Counted from the first letter of the stretch, positions 18,024-26,796 are shown. The stretch: DNA of 57,109 nucleotides from a virus (IMGVR_UViG_3300029113_000006:1-57109), one strand, 5' to 3'. The notes: a model not told the origin generated them from the letters alone. Numbers and translations are program-made.

Positions 18024-19100
18024 TTAGTAAGCCTTGATGCAGTACACAGCGTCCATGCGCTCAAAGGACGGCAGGACGATTTCAGAAGCATAGACATTGG
18101 CATTGACCGGATGAACGGTCAGCTCGGTGGTAATGGCAACGCCGGTGTTCACGATGGACACGGATGCGCCAGACTGACCGGACAGCAGGTCGGCTTCCTC
18201 AGGGGTAGTGCCGTACCAAGTGCTGCCCAGAGCGCCGGAAGGAGCAACCACTACCATGCCATCGGGCAGATACTTCTCACTTGCGCTGTACTGGTCTGCC
18301 TTGAACATCTTGTCGTACAGATGAATGGTCAGCCCAGTTGCGGACTCGATAATCTGCCGTGCTTCGGCATCCAGCAGAACGGCATTTGCCTTTGCAGTGA
18401 CCGTCATGAACCGATTCTTCACCTCATCCGCAGCAATCATGTTGCGGAAGGTGGCGGTGTTCATGTACACCTCAGTTACGACCTCGCCAACGCTTGCCAG
18501 AACAGCGTCCTTTGCGGCGTTCAGGTCTGCAATGGGTGTGGCGGTGGTGACGTTCCACTTAGACTTTGCGGCAGAAACTTCCTTGTAGTTAGTAGACTTC
18601 CAAGTGCCGTCCGGGTCGTAATTGTAGGTGTAGTTCACGCCGTTTGCCTTGATGGTGATGCCGGGAACACCATTGATGGGAGCAAGCAGCTGCCAGATCA
18701 TGCGCTCAGGAACGATACGTGCGCCAGTGATAAGCTGCGCGGTGTCATCGTACAGACGGTTCATCACGTCACGAGCATAAGGGTCGTTGCTGTCCAGAAC
18801 ACGCAGGATTTCCTGACGGTCTTTCTCGCCCAGATGGTAGCCCTCACGGAAGAACGGCATCTCAGTCTCATCAAACTTGAAGCCCTCACGGATGCGGAAC
18901 GTAGCCTTTGCGTCAAATGCGCTGGGCATCAGGGAAACGCCAACGCCCTTGTGACCACGCAGCCACTTCAGGTCGAGACCCGCCTTCTTCTTTGCGGGGA
19001 ACAGTGCGTCAGATGCAAAAGGCATCGCATTGGTGGGGTCGTTCGTCCAATAGGCGGCAATCGCAGCCGGGGCAAAGACTTCCTTAAGATTCAGTGCCAT
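18024..19100 (-). CDS. Major capsid protein (lambda gpE-like family)
   Basis: 358 aa; MALNLKEVFAPAAIAAYW... pattern; strong AGGAGG; follows the scaffold and decoration genes. Confidence 0.8.
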   Translation of the reverse strand: MALNLKEVFAPAAIAAYWTNDPTNAMPFASDALFPAKKKAGLDLKWLRGHKGVGVSLMPSAFDAKATFRIREGFKFDETEMPFFREGYHLGEKDRQEILRVLDSNDPYARDVMNRLYDDTAQLITGARIVPERMIWQLLAPINGVPGITIKANGVNYTYNYDPDGTWKSTNYKEVSAAKSKWNVTTATPIADLNAAKDAVLASVGEVVTEVYMNTATFRNMIAADEVKNRFMTVTAKANAVLLDAEARQIIESATGLTIHLYDKMFKADQYSASEKYLPDGMVVVAPSGALGSTWYGTTPEEADLLSGQSGASVSIVNTGVAITTELTVHPVNANVYASEIVLPSFERMDAVYCIKAY

Positions 19101-19116
19101 GTTGTTTTACCTCCTA

Positions 19117-19485
19117 TTAAGCGTTCACGCTGATGTTGTCACGGCAGAAAATGCCGGGGACGGCGGTCTTAAGTGCCTTGATTGCGTCAGCGTCAAAGGT
19201 GAAGCTGGAACTTGCTGCCGCCTTCTTGGTGTCGATAACACCACGAATCAGCAGGGAAGCATTGGGGTTTTCTGCCGGGTCAACGTCATAAAGCAGAATG
19301 CCGTCAGCGTTGATGGTCTTAGAACCAGTTTCGCCAGCAGCAACAGCTTTCTTGCCAGCCAGCGTCATAGGATAGCCAGCCTTAACCGCAGCAGTTTCGG
19401 TCACGGTAAAGGGAATGGCGGTGTAGTCATTGGAAGCAAGGATGGTATCGTTGATTCCGTTGACCGTGTTTCGGGTAAACTTCAT
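19117..19485 (-). CDS. Head decoration-like protein
   Basis: Start moved to ATG 19485 (AAGGAGG); 122 aa between the scaffold and capsid genes. Confidence 0.45.
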   Translation of the reverse strand: MKFTRNTVNGINDTILASNDYTAIPFTVTETAAVKAGYPMTLAGKKAVAAGETGSKTINADGILLYDVDPAENPNASLLIRGVIDTKKAAASSSFTFDADAIKALKTAVPGIFCRDNISVNA

Positions 19486-19498
19486 GTTTTCCTCCTTA

Positions 19499-20080
19499 TT
19501 AATGGAAAGCACTCATTGCGTCACTCGATGCCTTAGAAGCATTGGCATTCTGCTGTGCAAGGCTCTTAGCAAACGCCACGCCTTCGCTGTCAGAATTGCC
19601 ACCGCCGTTTGCACCCGGAGGCGTGGGCATACCCTTCAGCAGGGAAGCCTTGTATGCGGTGTCATGGGCGGTCATAAACTCCGACTGGAACTTAAACACC
19701 TTGTCCATGTCGCCGTCTGCCAGTGCAGATGCAGCCTTGCCAGCCAGTTCAGCGTCATAACCCTGTGCAACGAACTTCTCACGGTAGGATGCAAGGGTCT
19801 TTTCCTTGACGAGGTTCTCCTTGTCAGCAGTCAGGGCTTCAATCTGCTTCTGCATCTCTGCCAGCTTGTCAGCCTGTTCCTGTGCGGCATTCTCGTCATC
19901 GGTGCGCTTTGCTTTGAGCTGCTTCTTGTACTCGGCAGCTTCGCCGTTGGCTTTCGTCACGGCGTTGCGCAGCTTCTCGACCTCTGCGTTGGGGTCTGCA
20001 ACCTTTTCCAGCGCAGAAATGATTTCATCGGCGGTCATGCCATCTTTGTAAGCATCACCAAGCAACACATTGAGTTTCAT
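19499..20080 (-). CDS. Scaffolding protein
   Basis: Start at ATG 20080 (AGGAGG); charged coiled coil. Confidence 0.65.
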   Translation of the reverse strand: MKLNVLLGDAYKDGMTADEIISALEKVADPNAEVEKLRNAVTKANGEAAEYKKQLKAKRTDDENAAQEQADKLAEMQKQIEALTADKENLVKEKTLASYREKFVAQGYDAELAGKAASALADGDMDKVFKFQSEFMTAHDTAYKASLLKGMPTPPGANGGGNSDSEGVAFAKSLAQQNANASKASSDAMSAFH

Positions 20081-20172
20081 ATCGTTAATTTCCTCCTGCG
20101 TTTTTTTACCGTTGCTTCCCTGCAACGCTGCGAAATTTGTATCCCGGCTTCCCTGCCGGAATATGCAAAGGG

Positions 20173-21681
20173 TTATTCACCCTCTGTTTCTTTATTGGTG
20201 CTGTCAGCCTGTCCGTCTAATGTTTTGTTGACGTTAACAACTTGTTCAGGCTTCGGCTTCTGTGGTTTCGGAGCTTTGCCGTCCTCACCCAGCTTGCCAG
20301 CGGCAATCAGGAAGGGCTTGCTCATTTCATAAGCAGCCTGCGGGTCAGGGAACAGACCGGGCGTAGTGAACGCCAACTGAGGGTCAATGCTCTGACTGAG
20401 CATCTGTGCAAAAATCTGAACCTTGCTTTGCTGATTGTCGTACTGACGGCGGGGCAGCTTGATGTTGATGTCACTTGCCATCAGCTTAGAACCAGCCGTA
20501 TCACGCAGGATTTTCAGCATCACAGACAGGCTTTGGCGTTCCGAGAACTTGAACATATTCTCGTACTGCTGCGCCCTTGCTTCAGTGTGATTCCAGCCGT
20601 TGCGGACGATAACTGCGCCCACGTTGTCAGACGTTGCGTTCTCACTGCCAGTTGCACTAGGCATGGCAGTCAGGCTACGGTACACGTTTAACATGGAATC
20701 AAGCAAGGTCTGGCTCTGCTGCTGGTCAAGCTCGTTTGCAATCTGTGAGACAGAAGCAGGCAGACCAGCGGTAGACTTCAGACACATTGCGCCCAGTTCC
20801 TTGACCTTGTTGAGCGCATCCTCGTCCACAAGGCAGTTCGTAAACACCATGATGGACTGGATGAACTGCGCCACACCGTCCAGACGATTGCTTTCCAGGT
20901 CGTTGATGGAATCCAGAACAGGGATAGCCGGTTCAAACAGACCCATACGCTCCGGGTTGAGCTTGTATTCGACCATCGGTAGCATTCCAAGGGAGTGGTT
21001 TTCCGATTTCGTAACCTTGCCATTGTCGATTTCAAAGTACTGGTTCGGCGTATACACGCAAATCAGGTCGTTCAGGTCATTCTGATAATTGCGTGGGATG
21101 TGCAGCACGTTGGCGATGGGCTTGTGCCCAATACCGGAGTTGTAAATCACATACGCCATATCCGGGTCGGGAACATCCACCAGCAGGGGCGTTTCGTCCG
21201 GGTAGTTGCCGTTGTACCCCTTGTCAGGAAGAACAATGCGGTATCCCTGTCCGCACTCTAACATCCACTGCCAGAGCCGCCGATCAAGCGCGTCCTTGCC
21301 CTCATACTGCAAAGCATTTGACAGGCGGGCGATTTCCTCACCGTCACCTATTGCCGTTTCAGACCGCACATAAGAGCAGGGAGTGCCACTCATGTAACCT
21401 GTGTAGAAACCCACGCATTCATTGGCATGGTTCTCTACAATGCGATTGGTGATTTCAGCGTGGTACTCCTTTGTGCGGAGGAGGACAGGCTGGCTACCCA
21501 AGTAGTAGTTGTGCAGAAAGCGAATCTCGTTCTTGTTCAGCAGATGAATAGGCTCTGCCTTGCCCATGACCACTTTCAGCACATTTGCTTGATTGATTTC
21601 TGTTTCCGGCGTTTCAATCGGTCTACGTCCGGTCAACGGCTCATTCAAAAAACCGTCAACAATCATCTGATACTCAGCCAT
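20173..21681 (-). CDS. Portal protein
   Basis: 502 aa from ATG 21681 (AAGGAGG); lies between the terminase region and scaffold. Confidence 0.8.
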   Translation of the reverse strand: MAEYQMIVDGFLNEPLTGRRPIETPETEINQANVLKVVMGKAEPIHLLNKNEIRFLHNYYLGSQPVLLRTKEYHAEITNRIVENHANECVGFYTGYMSGTPCSYVRSETAIGDGEEIARLSNALQYEGKDALDRRLWQWMLECGQGYRIVLPDKGYNGNYPDETPLLVDVPDPDMAYVIYNSGIGHKPIANVLHIPRNYQNDLNDLICVYTPNQYFEIDNGKVTKSENHSLGMLPMVEYKLNPERMGLFEPAIPVLDSINDLESNRLDGVAQFIQSIMVFTNCLVDEDALNKVKELGAMCLKSTAGLPASVSQIANELDQQQSQTLLDSMLNVYRSLTAMPSATGSENATSDNVGAVIVRNGWNHTEARAQQYENMFKFSERQSLSVMLKILRDTAGSKLMASDINIKLPRRQYDNQQSKVQIFAQMLSQSIDPQLAFTTPGLFPDPQAAYEMSKPFLIAAGKLGEDGKAPKPQKPKPEQVVNVNKTLDGQADSTNKETEGE

Positions 21682-21767
21682 GTGTTCCTCCTTTCCGGCA
21701 AAATAAAAAGCGCAGCAAGACAAACCTGTTAAGGTCTATCTCACTGCGCCAAAAGTGCGCCTTAAAC

Positions 21768-22133
21768 TTATTTTTGATATATGAAAATCGATTTAGGCTT
21801 CCACTGAGAAATTCTTTCAGATATATCTTTTACGTGAATATATCCCAAAGAAATCATTTTATTTTTGCTGTTTTCACCAGCGGTTAAAATTGATGCAAGA
21901 GCCAAATCCCCGTGTCCACAACAAGAATTTATTGTATTAACTCCCTTTGATTTTAAACTCAATAATTCATCTTCAAGACACAAATCGCAGCAAAACCCAT
22001 ATCGAGTTTTTACGCAACATTTATATTCTCCAATTTTTGAACTACCACAAAACTTTTTTGCGTTTTCTAAATCAAGAGAACTAATCTTTCCGCTTTCAAA
22101 AAGAGCAGTTATATTTTCTTCCAACACACACAT
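21768..22133 (-). CDS. Cys/His-rich 121-aa protein of unknown function in an AT-rich island
   Basis: KCCVKTRYGFCCDLC...NSCCGHG; local GC about 30% against about 50% for the genome. Confidence 0.5.
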   Translation of the reverse strand: MCVLEENITALFESGKISSLDLENAKKFCGSSKIGEYKCCVKTRYGFCCDLCLEDELLSLKSKGVNTINSCCGHGDLALASILTAGENSKNKMISLGYIHVKDISERISQWKPKSIFIYQK

Positions 22134-22147
22134 AACGTTGTCCTTTT

Positions 22148-22330
22148 TTACCTTTCAGGAGAATGAATTATTTTAACCCACCCTTCTTTTGTATCCCCTT
22201 CAATAACCCCCTTGCATCTGTCGCACTTGAAATGGTATCGTCCGTCTACTTCACCAAGATAGCGATTGCAGCGGACGTTCTTATAGATGGGATTCTGCCT
22301 GATACAAGGGCAACAGATTCTAACTAGCAT
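22148..22330 (-). CDS. Zinc-ribbon-like 60-aa protein in an AT-rich island
   Basis: CPC...CDRC pairs; AAAGGAG RBS. Confidence 0.5.
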   Translation of the reverse strand: MLVRICCPCIRQNPIYKNVRCNRYLGEVDGRYHFKCDRCKGVIEGDTKEGWVKIIHSPER

Positions 22331-22499
22331 GAGCGCTCCTTTCGCTGAATTTCTGGAAACAGGCTGTTGAGCACAGACCTGTCAGAAGCTACTGGGAAAC
22401 TATTCGCACTTCCAGCCGTGCTATTCTTCGCCCGAAGAAAACCATTGCAGCCTTTACATTCAGTTGTCGGACAGACGTAAAACGGGTAAGCTGCAATTT

Positions 22500-22577
22500 T
22501 GGTGCTGCATAATGGATTTGAACCAATGTATGCCCGGTTATGAGCCGGATGCTCTAGCCTGACTGAGCTAATGCAAC
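22500..22577 (-). tRNA. tRNA with CAT anticodon (Met/fMet or Ile2), CCA encoded
   Basis: Hand fold: GTTGCAT/ATGCAGC acceptor, TAGCTCAGTCAGGCTAGAGCA D-arm, TCCGG-CTCATAA-CCGGG, GGTTCAAATCC T-loop, ACCA. Confidence 0.8.
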
Positions 22578-22704
22578 ATAGAAGCCCGGCTTGATTGGTT
22601 AACCGCTGCTCTTTGCAATGTCATGCCTAAACATTACATTGAGAGCCGGGAATAGCGGTGGAGGTTTTGGAGAATAAGTCCATGCAAAGCTAGGTAGTTG
22701 GTTG

Positions 22705-22785
22705 TGCTGCGTAACGGAATCGAACCGTTGCTTGCCAGACGTGGGGGAGACAGACTGGCATTCCCCAAACAATTGGAAACGCAAC
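22705..22785 (-). tRNA. tRNA-like element with non-canonical anticodon arm (pseudo or atypical tRNA)
   Basis: Acceptor GTTGCGT/ACGCAGC and T-arm AACGG-TTCGATT-CCGTT are good, but GCCAG/CTGGC encloses a 16-nt loop and the D-arm is poor. Confidence 0.4.
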
Positions 22786-22930
22786 ATATAAAGCCCGGTG
22801 AAGGAAAAAGAGTGAGAAAGCCTCCACCGGTGAAAGGAGGAATATGCTTGTTGACACGCACGCGAGTAAAATGACAAAACCCCGCGTGCAAGCTATTCCT
22901 TTAAGGGAAGCTGCAAAACTTCCTGCGTAC

Positions 22931-22960
22931 ATTATAAGCCTTGTCAAGTGGTGAAATCAA
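22931..22960 (-). promoter_or_regulatory. Sigma-70-type promoter TTGATT-18-TATAAT driving the tRNA/RNA island
   Basis: Reverse complement of 22931..22960. Confidence 0.45.
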
Positions 22961-22999
22961 ATAAATAGACCCAGCGAACACAATATATTGTGTTTTTAA

Positions 23000-24667
23000 T
23001 CAAAAAGGCCTCTTGACAGGCTCAATTTTACTGATTCCGTTGTACAATTCATCGGCAAGCTGTGCCAGACTATCCGGTGCGTCATCGTGCGGAACTTTAC
23101 CAAGCTGCGTGAACATCGTTACCTGTTCCATGAATGCCTTGTACTCTTTCGACTGGTGCTTCTCGTCAAGGAAGTAGAACCGCTTGATGTCCGGCGCATA
23201 CTGGATGATTCTGGATAACTTGCTTTGACCACTTGGCGCACGTTGGCTGCGGACAGAGCAGTGATAGCCTTGCTGCCGGAGCTGGCTGTCTACCACGTCA
23301 CAATATTCATCGCCGCCGTTGTTGGCTTCGCCACGCACCACGTTGATTTTATGCTGGATGATTTTGCCCACGACTTCCGGTCTGGTCACGGTCTTGTCGC
23401 CGTTATTGAACACAAGGTCGGGGATGAACACAGCATCGCCGTACACATAAGCAATAGGACAGGCGGTGAAGTCCCCGCCACCCCATGCAATATCCATGAC
23501 CATGAGCTTGCGATCGGGTTCACCATCAGGCAGCACGCCGTTATAATACCATAGTTCATCGGCAGGGAACAGCAAGCCTTCACGCACATAAGGCTTGCCC
23601 ATGTACTTTGCCCACCATGTTGCATCGTCAATGCTGGCTTTCATGTCTGCATAGTAGGCATCGTCAAATCCCACGCCGTAGTCATAATTGAAATTGCTGT
23701 GTCCGTTCTCATCCACAGCGGGAATCACCCGGAATCTGTACTTTGGATTGTCTGCGTACTGGTTCTGGATGCGCCCCAAAGGGTCAAGCACGTTCCAGCG
23801 TGTGCCGACCATCAGCTCCAATGCGCCTTGCTTTTTACGGTCTTTTAGCTGGTTTAGGTAGGCATCGTACTTGTTGTTCAGACGCTCAACGTTCAGACTT
23901 TCTTCCAAATCCTCAATCAAGTCATCGCTGTACAGAACGCCGCCCTCGCCGATTTCAACAGCACCTGTCAGCGTACCGCCAATGGAGCGGCAAGTCAAAG
24001 TGGGAAAACGCTTTTTACGGTTCAGGTCAACGCTTTCGTCCTTTGCGCTCTTATCTACAAGCTGAACGTCAGGGAAGATTTTCCCCCAATTATAAGTCAC
24101 GGGGTCAGTGATGATAGACAGCACTTCGCCGTAGAAGCCGTTGGTCAGCTTGTCAGAATGTCCGCTCATAACCGATGCAACGTCAGGGCGGTTGCCCATC
24201 AGCCATGTGATAAAAAATATACAGAGCGTACTTTTTCCAGTTCTCGGGGGCTGGCTGACCCCAAGAAATTCTACACGATGGAAAAACAAGTCCTCTAGGT
24301 CACGAACCAACGTCAAAAGCACTTTTCTTCTCGGCTGATAGAACTTCTTTTCCGGCGCACGGTTCCATTCAAGGTAGATGCAATAGCTGTCAAATACATC
24401 CTTTGCTTCAAACAGGTACGTTCGGCTGATAATATCATAGACCTTTGCCACGTCCTCGCCTGTTTTCATCTTGCCCATCATGGCTGCACAGACAGAGCGC
24501 AGCTCCCCAGAGTATTTGTAGGTATCGAACCGCTTGTCTTGCGGCAGAGCATCTCTAAGGTTCACGACCGCCTGAAACCAGTCCTCATAGACCTGTGCTT
24601 CGGTCGGATTCTGCTTTGCATACGCTTTGATGCTGTCAATGATGGCGATACACTGTTTTGACTGCAT
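23000..24667 (-). CDS. terL: Terminase large subunit
   Basis: Walker A-like PPRTGKST, ATPase plus nuclease size; start ATG 24667 is preferred over the TTG at 24757. Confidence 0.9.
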   Translation of the reverse strand: MQSKQCIAIIDSIKAYAKQNPTEAQVYEDWFQAVVNLRDALPQDKRFDTYKYSGELRSVCAAMMGKMKTGEDVAKVYDIISRTYLFEAKDVFDSYCIYLEWNRAPEKKFYQPRRKVLLTLVRDLEDLFFHRVEFLGVSQPPRTGKSTLCIFFITWLMGNRPDVASVMSGHSDKLTNGFYGEVLSIITDPVTYNWGKIFPDVQLVDKSAKDESVDLNRKKRFPTLTCRSIGGTLTGAVEIGEGGVLYSDDLIEDLEESLNVERLNNKYDAYLNQLKDRKKQGALELMVGTRWNVLDPLGRIQNQYADNPKYRFRVIPAVDENGHSNFNYDYGVGFDDAYYADMKASIDDATWWAKYMGKPYVREGLLFPADELWYYNGVLPDGEPDRKLMVMDIAWGGGDFTACPIAYVYGDAVFIPDLVFNNGDKTVTRPEVVGKIIQHKINVVRGEANNGGDEYCDVVDSQLRQQGYHCSVRSQRAPSGQSKLSRIIQYAPDIKRFYFLDEKHQSKEYKAFMEQVTMFTQLGKVPHDDAPDSLAQLADELYNGISKIEPVKRPF

Positions 24668-24772
24668 AAAAAAATAGGCACCCCCTACCTGAAAATGTAA
24701 AGAGTGCCTACAACTGCACAAAAATTGAATATTCGGTTTTATTTTAGTTGCGGACAATGTCAGCTGAAAATA

Positions 24773-24880
24773 TCACATGACGCACCTCGCAACCACAACC
24801 ACAATGAAGAACCCGGTAAGCAGTCCAACGACTGCCCCCGCAAGCCAGTCATACGAGTTTCTGTTGTTCCACTTATCCAT
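24773..24880 (-). CDS. 35-aa single-TM peptide (below ORF-track cutoff)
   Basis: MDKWNNRNSYDWLAGAVVGLLTGFFIVVVVARCVM; GGAG RBS. Confidence 0.4.
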   Translation of the reverse strand: MDKWNNRNSYDWLAGAVVGLLTGFFIVVVVARCVM

Positions 24881-24936
24881 AGGCTCTTGCTCCTTTCGCC
24901 TGTTCTGTTCAGCAATCCGACACCATGTCTGGCGGG

Positions 24937-25326
24937 TCAAATAATGTTCGCTTGCTCATCAAGCCACGTTTCGCGGTCAAGTCTTTCCTTCTTTTCGATT
25001 AAGGTAGGAGTAAACGTTTTATCGCTCTTCCATCCAGCGTATTTCTTAAAATACGCAAGATAATCTTCTGCTATTGCGGGAATGCTTTCCAAAATAAATG
25101 TAAGAAGAGCAACTCTCATTTGCCGCTTAAACGTTTCGGAAGGGCCTTCTTTCTTGAAATCAAAAAATATGTTTTCATCATAAAACAAAACATTGCATTT
25201 CTTAGATTGGCATTCCAGCATAAAGGAAGTAAAATCTTTGCAGTTTACAAAATCGAAAACCGAACGAAATGTCAAATCTGCATCTTTTTTGATAAAATCC
25301 CAATAAAACGGTTTTTGCTTTTCCAT
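24937..25326 (-). CDS. Hypothetical 129-aa protein (AT-rich)
   Basis: ORF track; downstream of the resolvase. Confidence 0.5.
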   Translation of the reverse strand: MEKQKPFYWDFIKKDADLTFRSVFDFVNCKDFTSFMLECQSKKCNVLFYDENIFFDFKKEGPSETFKRQMRVALLTFILESIPAIAEDYLAYFKKYAGWKSDKTFTPTLIEKKERLDRETWLDEQANII

Positions 25327-25418
25327 GTTGTTCTCCTTTTCTCTTGCCTGTTGGAGAAAAAAATGGTATACTGTGGTTGCACCATTCTTTTTCCTGTTTT
25401 GATGAAGTTGGTGTACTC

Positions 25419-26075
25419 TTAGCGGTGGCTTGTGGTTGGGCTGCCGCTATTTTTATTTGCGTATCTTTCGACACGCTCATACCAAGTGGATTTCCCTATG
25501 CCAAGCTGCTTGCAGCACTCTTTTACAGTGATTTCGCCTTTTTTCTGTTGTTTTAATAGGCTTTCAAACTGCTGCTCGTCAACTTGCTTTTCCTGTCTTC
25601 CGAAGCTACGGCCTGTTCTGGCCGACACTCTCTTGCCATCAACAATAGGCATGGCAGCTATGCCCTCCGCCTGACGTTGCTTGGTTTTTTTGCGTTCCTG
25701 TTCAGCTACTGCGCCCAAAACCTCAATAAGGATGTTGTTTACCATTTCCAGCACCCACGTCTGGTCTTGGAAGTCAATAAGCGTGGTCGGAATGTCGAGA
25801 ATGCGAACAATCACGCCTTTTTCTTTGAACCATTGAAGTTCTCGCTTCATTTCGTCTTTGTCACGCCCGAATCGGTCAAATTCCTTGACGATGACTTCAT
25901 CCCCAGCCTTGACAGTCTCTTTCAATCGTTTATACTGCGGACGGTCAAAGCTGCTGCCTGTCATTTTATCACAAAATACGTTCTCGTCCGGGATGTCAAA
26001 CCGATCTCGTGCGATTTTAAGCTGTCTTGCAAGATTTTGCTCTTTGCTCGACACTCTCGCTAAGAAATAACGCAT
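25419..26075 (-). CDS. Small serine recombinase (resolvase/invertase family)
   Basis: MRYFLARVSSKEQNLARQ... catalytic Ser motif; C-terminal HTH (GKSTWYERV); about 218 aa. Confidence 0.85.
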   Translation of the reverse strand: MRYFLARVSSKEQNLARQLKIARDRFDIPDENVFCDKMTGSSFDRPQYKRLKETVKAGDEVIVKEFDRFGRDKDEMKRELQWFKEKGVIVRILDIPTTLIDFQDQTWVLEMVNNILIEVLGAVAEQERKKTKQRQAEGIAAMPIVDGKRVSARTGRSFGRQEKQVDEQQFESLLKQQKKGEITVKECCKQLGIGKSTWYERVERYANKNSGSPTTSHR

Positions 26076-26087
26076 TGCAATCACCCG

Positions 26088-26333
26088 TTACTTGTCAATT
26101 TTGATTTTATAAGAGTATTCATCCAGTTCCTTCGTGGTTTTCGGCCTAAGAATGACTTCGTAATCCAGTGCTTCTGCAAATTCGCATAATTTTTTCACAG
26201 ACATATTGTTGCCCTTCAAACGTTCTCCAACGCCAGAAGCAGACTTGTAACCCATATCGTTAGCAAGAACTTCCATCGTTTTAGGAGGGCGGCTCTTAAT
26301 CATAATGTCTTTAATGATTTCGGTGACAGTCAT
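26088..26333 (-). CDS. HTH (XRE/Cro-like) regulator upstream of the resolvase
   Basis: Start ATG 26333 lies downstream of the predicted promoter; MTVTEIIKDIMIKSRPPKTMEVLANDMGYKSASGV... Confidence 0.55.
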   Translation of the reverse strand: MTVTEIIKDIMIKSRPPKTMEVLANDMGYKSASGVGERLKGNNMSVKKLCEFAEALDYEVILRPKTTKELDEYSYKIKIDK

Positions 26334-26374
26334 TTTAATTTCCCCTTTCTTATAACGGCTCTTTTTCTGTATCC

Positions 26375-26403
26375 ATGTTACCATGTTTTCATGGAAATGT
26401 CAA
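26375..26403 (-). promoter_or_regulatory. Candidate promoter TTGACA-17-TAACAT for the HTH-resolvase operon
   Basis: Reverse complement of 26375..26403. Confidence 0.35.
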
Positions 26404-26431
26404 GCGTTTATTTTTATATATTATATAAATA

Positions 26432-26463
26432 TACTCTAGTATGTATAAATACATACTAGAGTA
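26432..26463. repeat. Perfect inverted repeat, 14-bp arms with a 4-nt spacer (TACTCTAGTATGTA taaa TACATACTAGAGTA)
   Basis: Read directly; sits between divergent promoters. Confidence 0.9.
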
Positions 26464-26560
26464 GTATAAAGGTGTTTACTTAGTTAATCACAATCGTGTA
26501 GAAAATTTTCTATAATAAGGAGTAATTCTGCCAAACTTTATTTCCATAAAACTTTGGGTA

Positions 26561-26589
26561 TTGACAAGAATATTTTCACGCTTTATACT
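26561..26589 (+). promoter_or_regulatory. Promoter TTGACA-17-TATACT
   Basis: Read directly; lies inside the ORF-track N-terminal extension of 26554..26796. Confidence 0.5.
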
Positions 26590-26616
26590 TGTTCCAGCGA
26601 AAGCGAGGTGATAGGC

Positions 26617-26796
26617 TTGGCAAGACGAGCAGAAACCTCGGAACGTGATAAGCTGCGCATGATAAGCACCCGGCTTACTGAGAGCCAGATCGCGAGCATG
26701 GAGAGCAGCGCAAAGGCATTGGGCATCTCAAAGGTCGATGTTATCCGCATGGGTATCGAGTGGGTGGCATCCTACGTTGAGAACATCAAGGCATAA
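26617..26796 (+). CDS. Ribbon-helix-helix (Arc/CopG-like) protein, 59 aa
   Basis: TTG start after GAGGTG; ...MISTRLTESQIASMESSAKALGISKVDVIRMGIEWV. Confidence 0.5.
   Translation: MARRAETSERDKLRMISTRLTESQIASMESSAKALGISKVDVIRMGIEWVASYVENIKA

Noticed and set aside
17922-19133. 403-aa plus-strand ORF opposite the capsid and connector genes. Similar long antisense ORFs occur at 14788..15666, 16020..16799, 55664..56428, 52861..53574 and 39380..40084.
   Set aside because: These are shadow ORFs on the strand opposite well-supported genes. They have no RBS and junk-like composition.
22500-22785. tRNA genes as an attP or integration target
   Set aside because: No integrase is encoded. Both elements have complete acceptor stems rather than a 3' fragment, and a plasmid maintenance module is present.
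22599-22947. Three overlapping 85-92-aa minus-strand ORFs
   Set aside because: They overlap the tRNA, the tRNA-like element and hairpin-rich RNA. They have no RBS.
24668-24757. N-terminal 30-codon extension of terL from a TTG start
   Set aside because: The TTG has no RBS and the extension is not protein-like. ATG 24667 is preferred.
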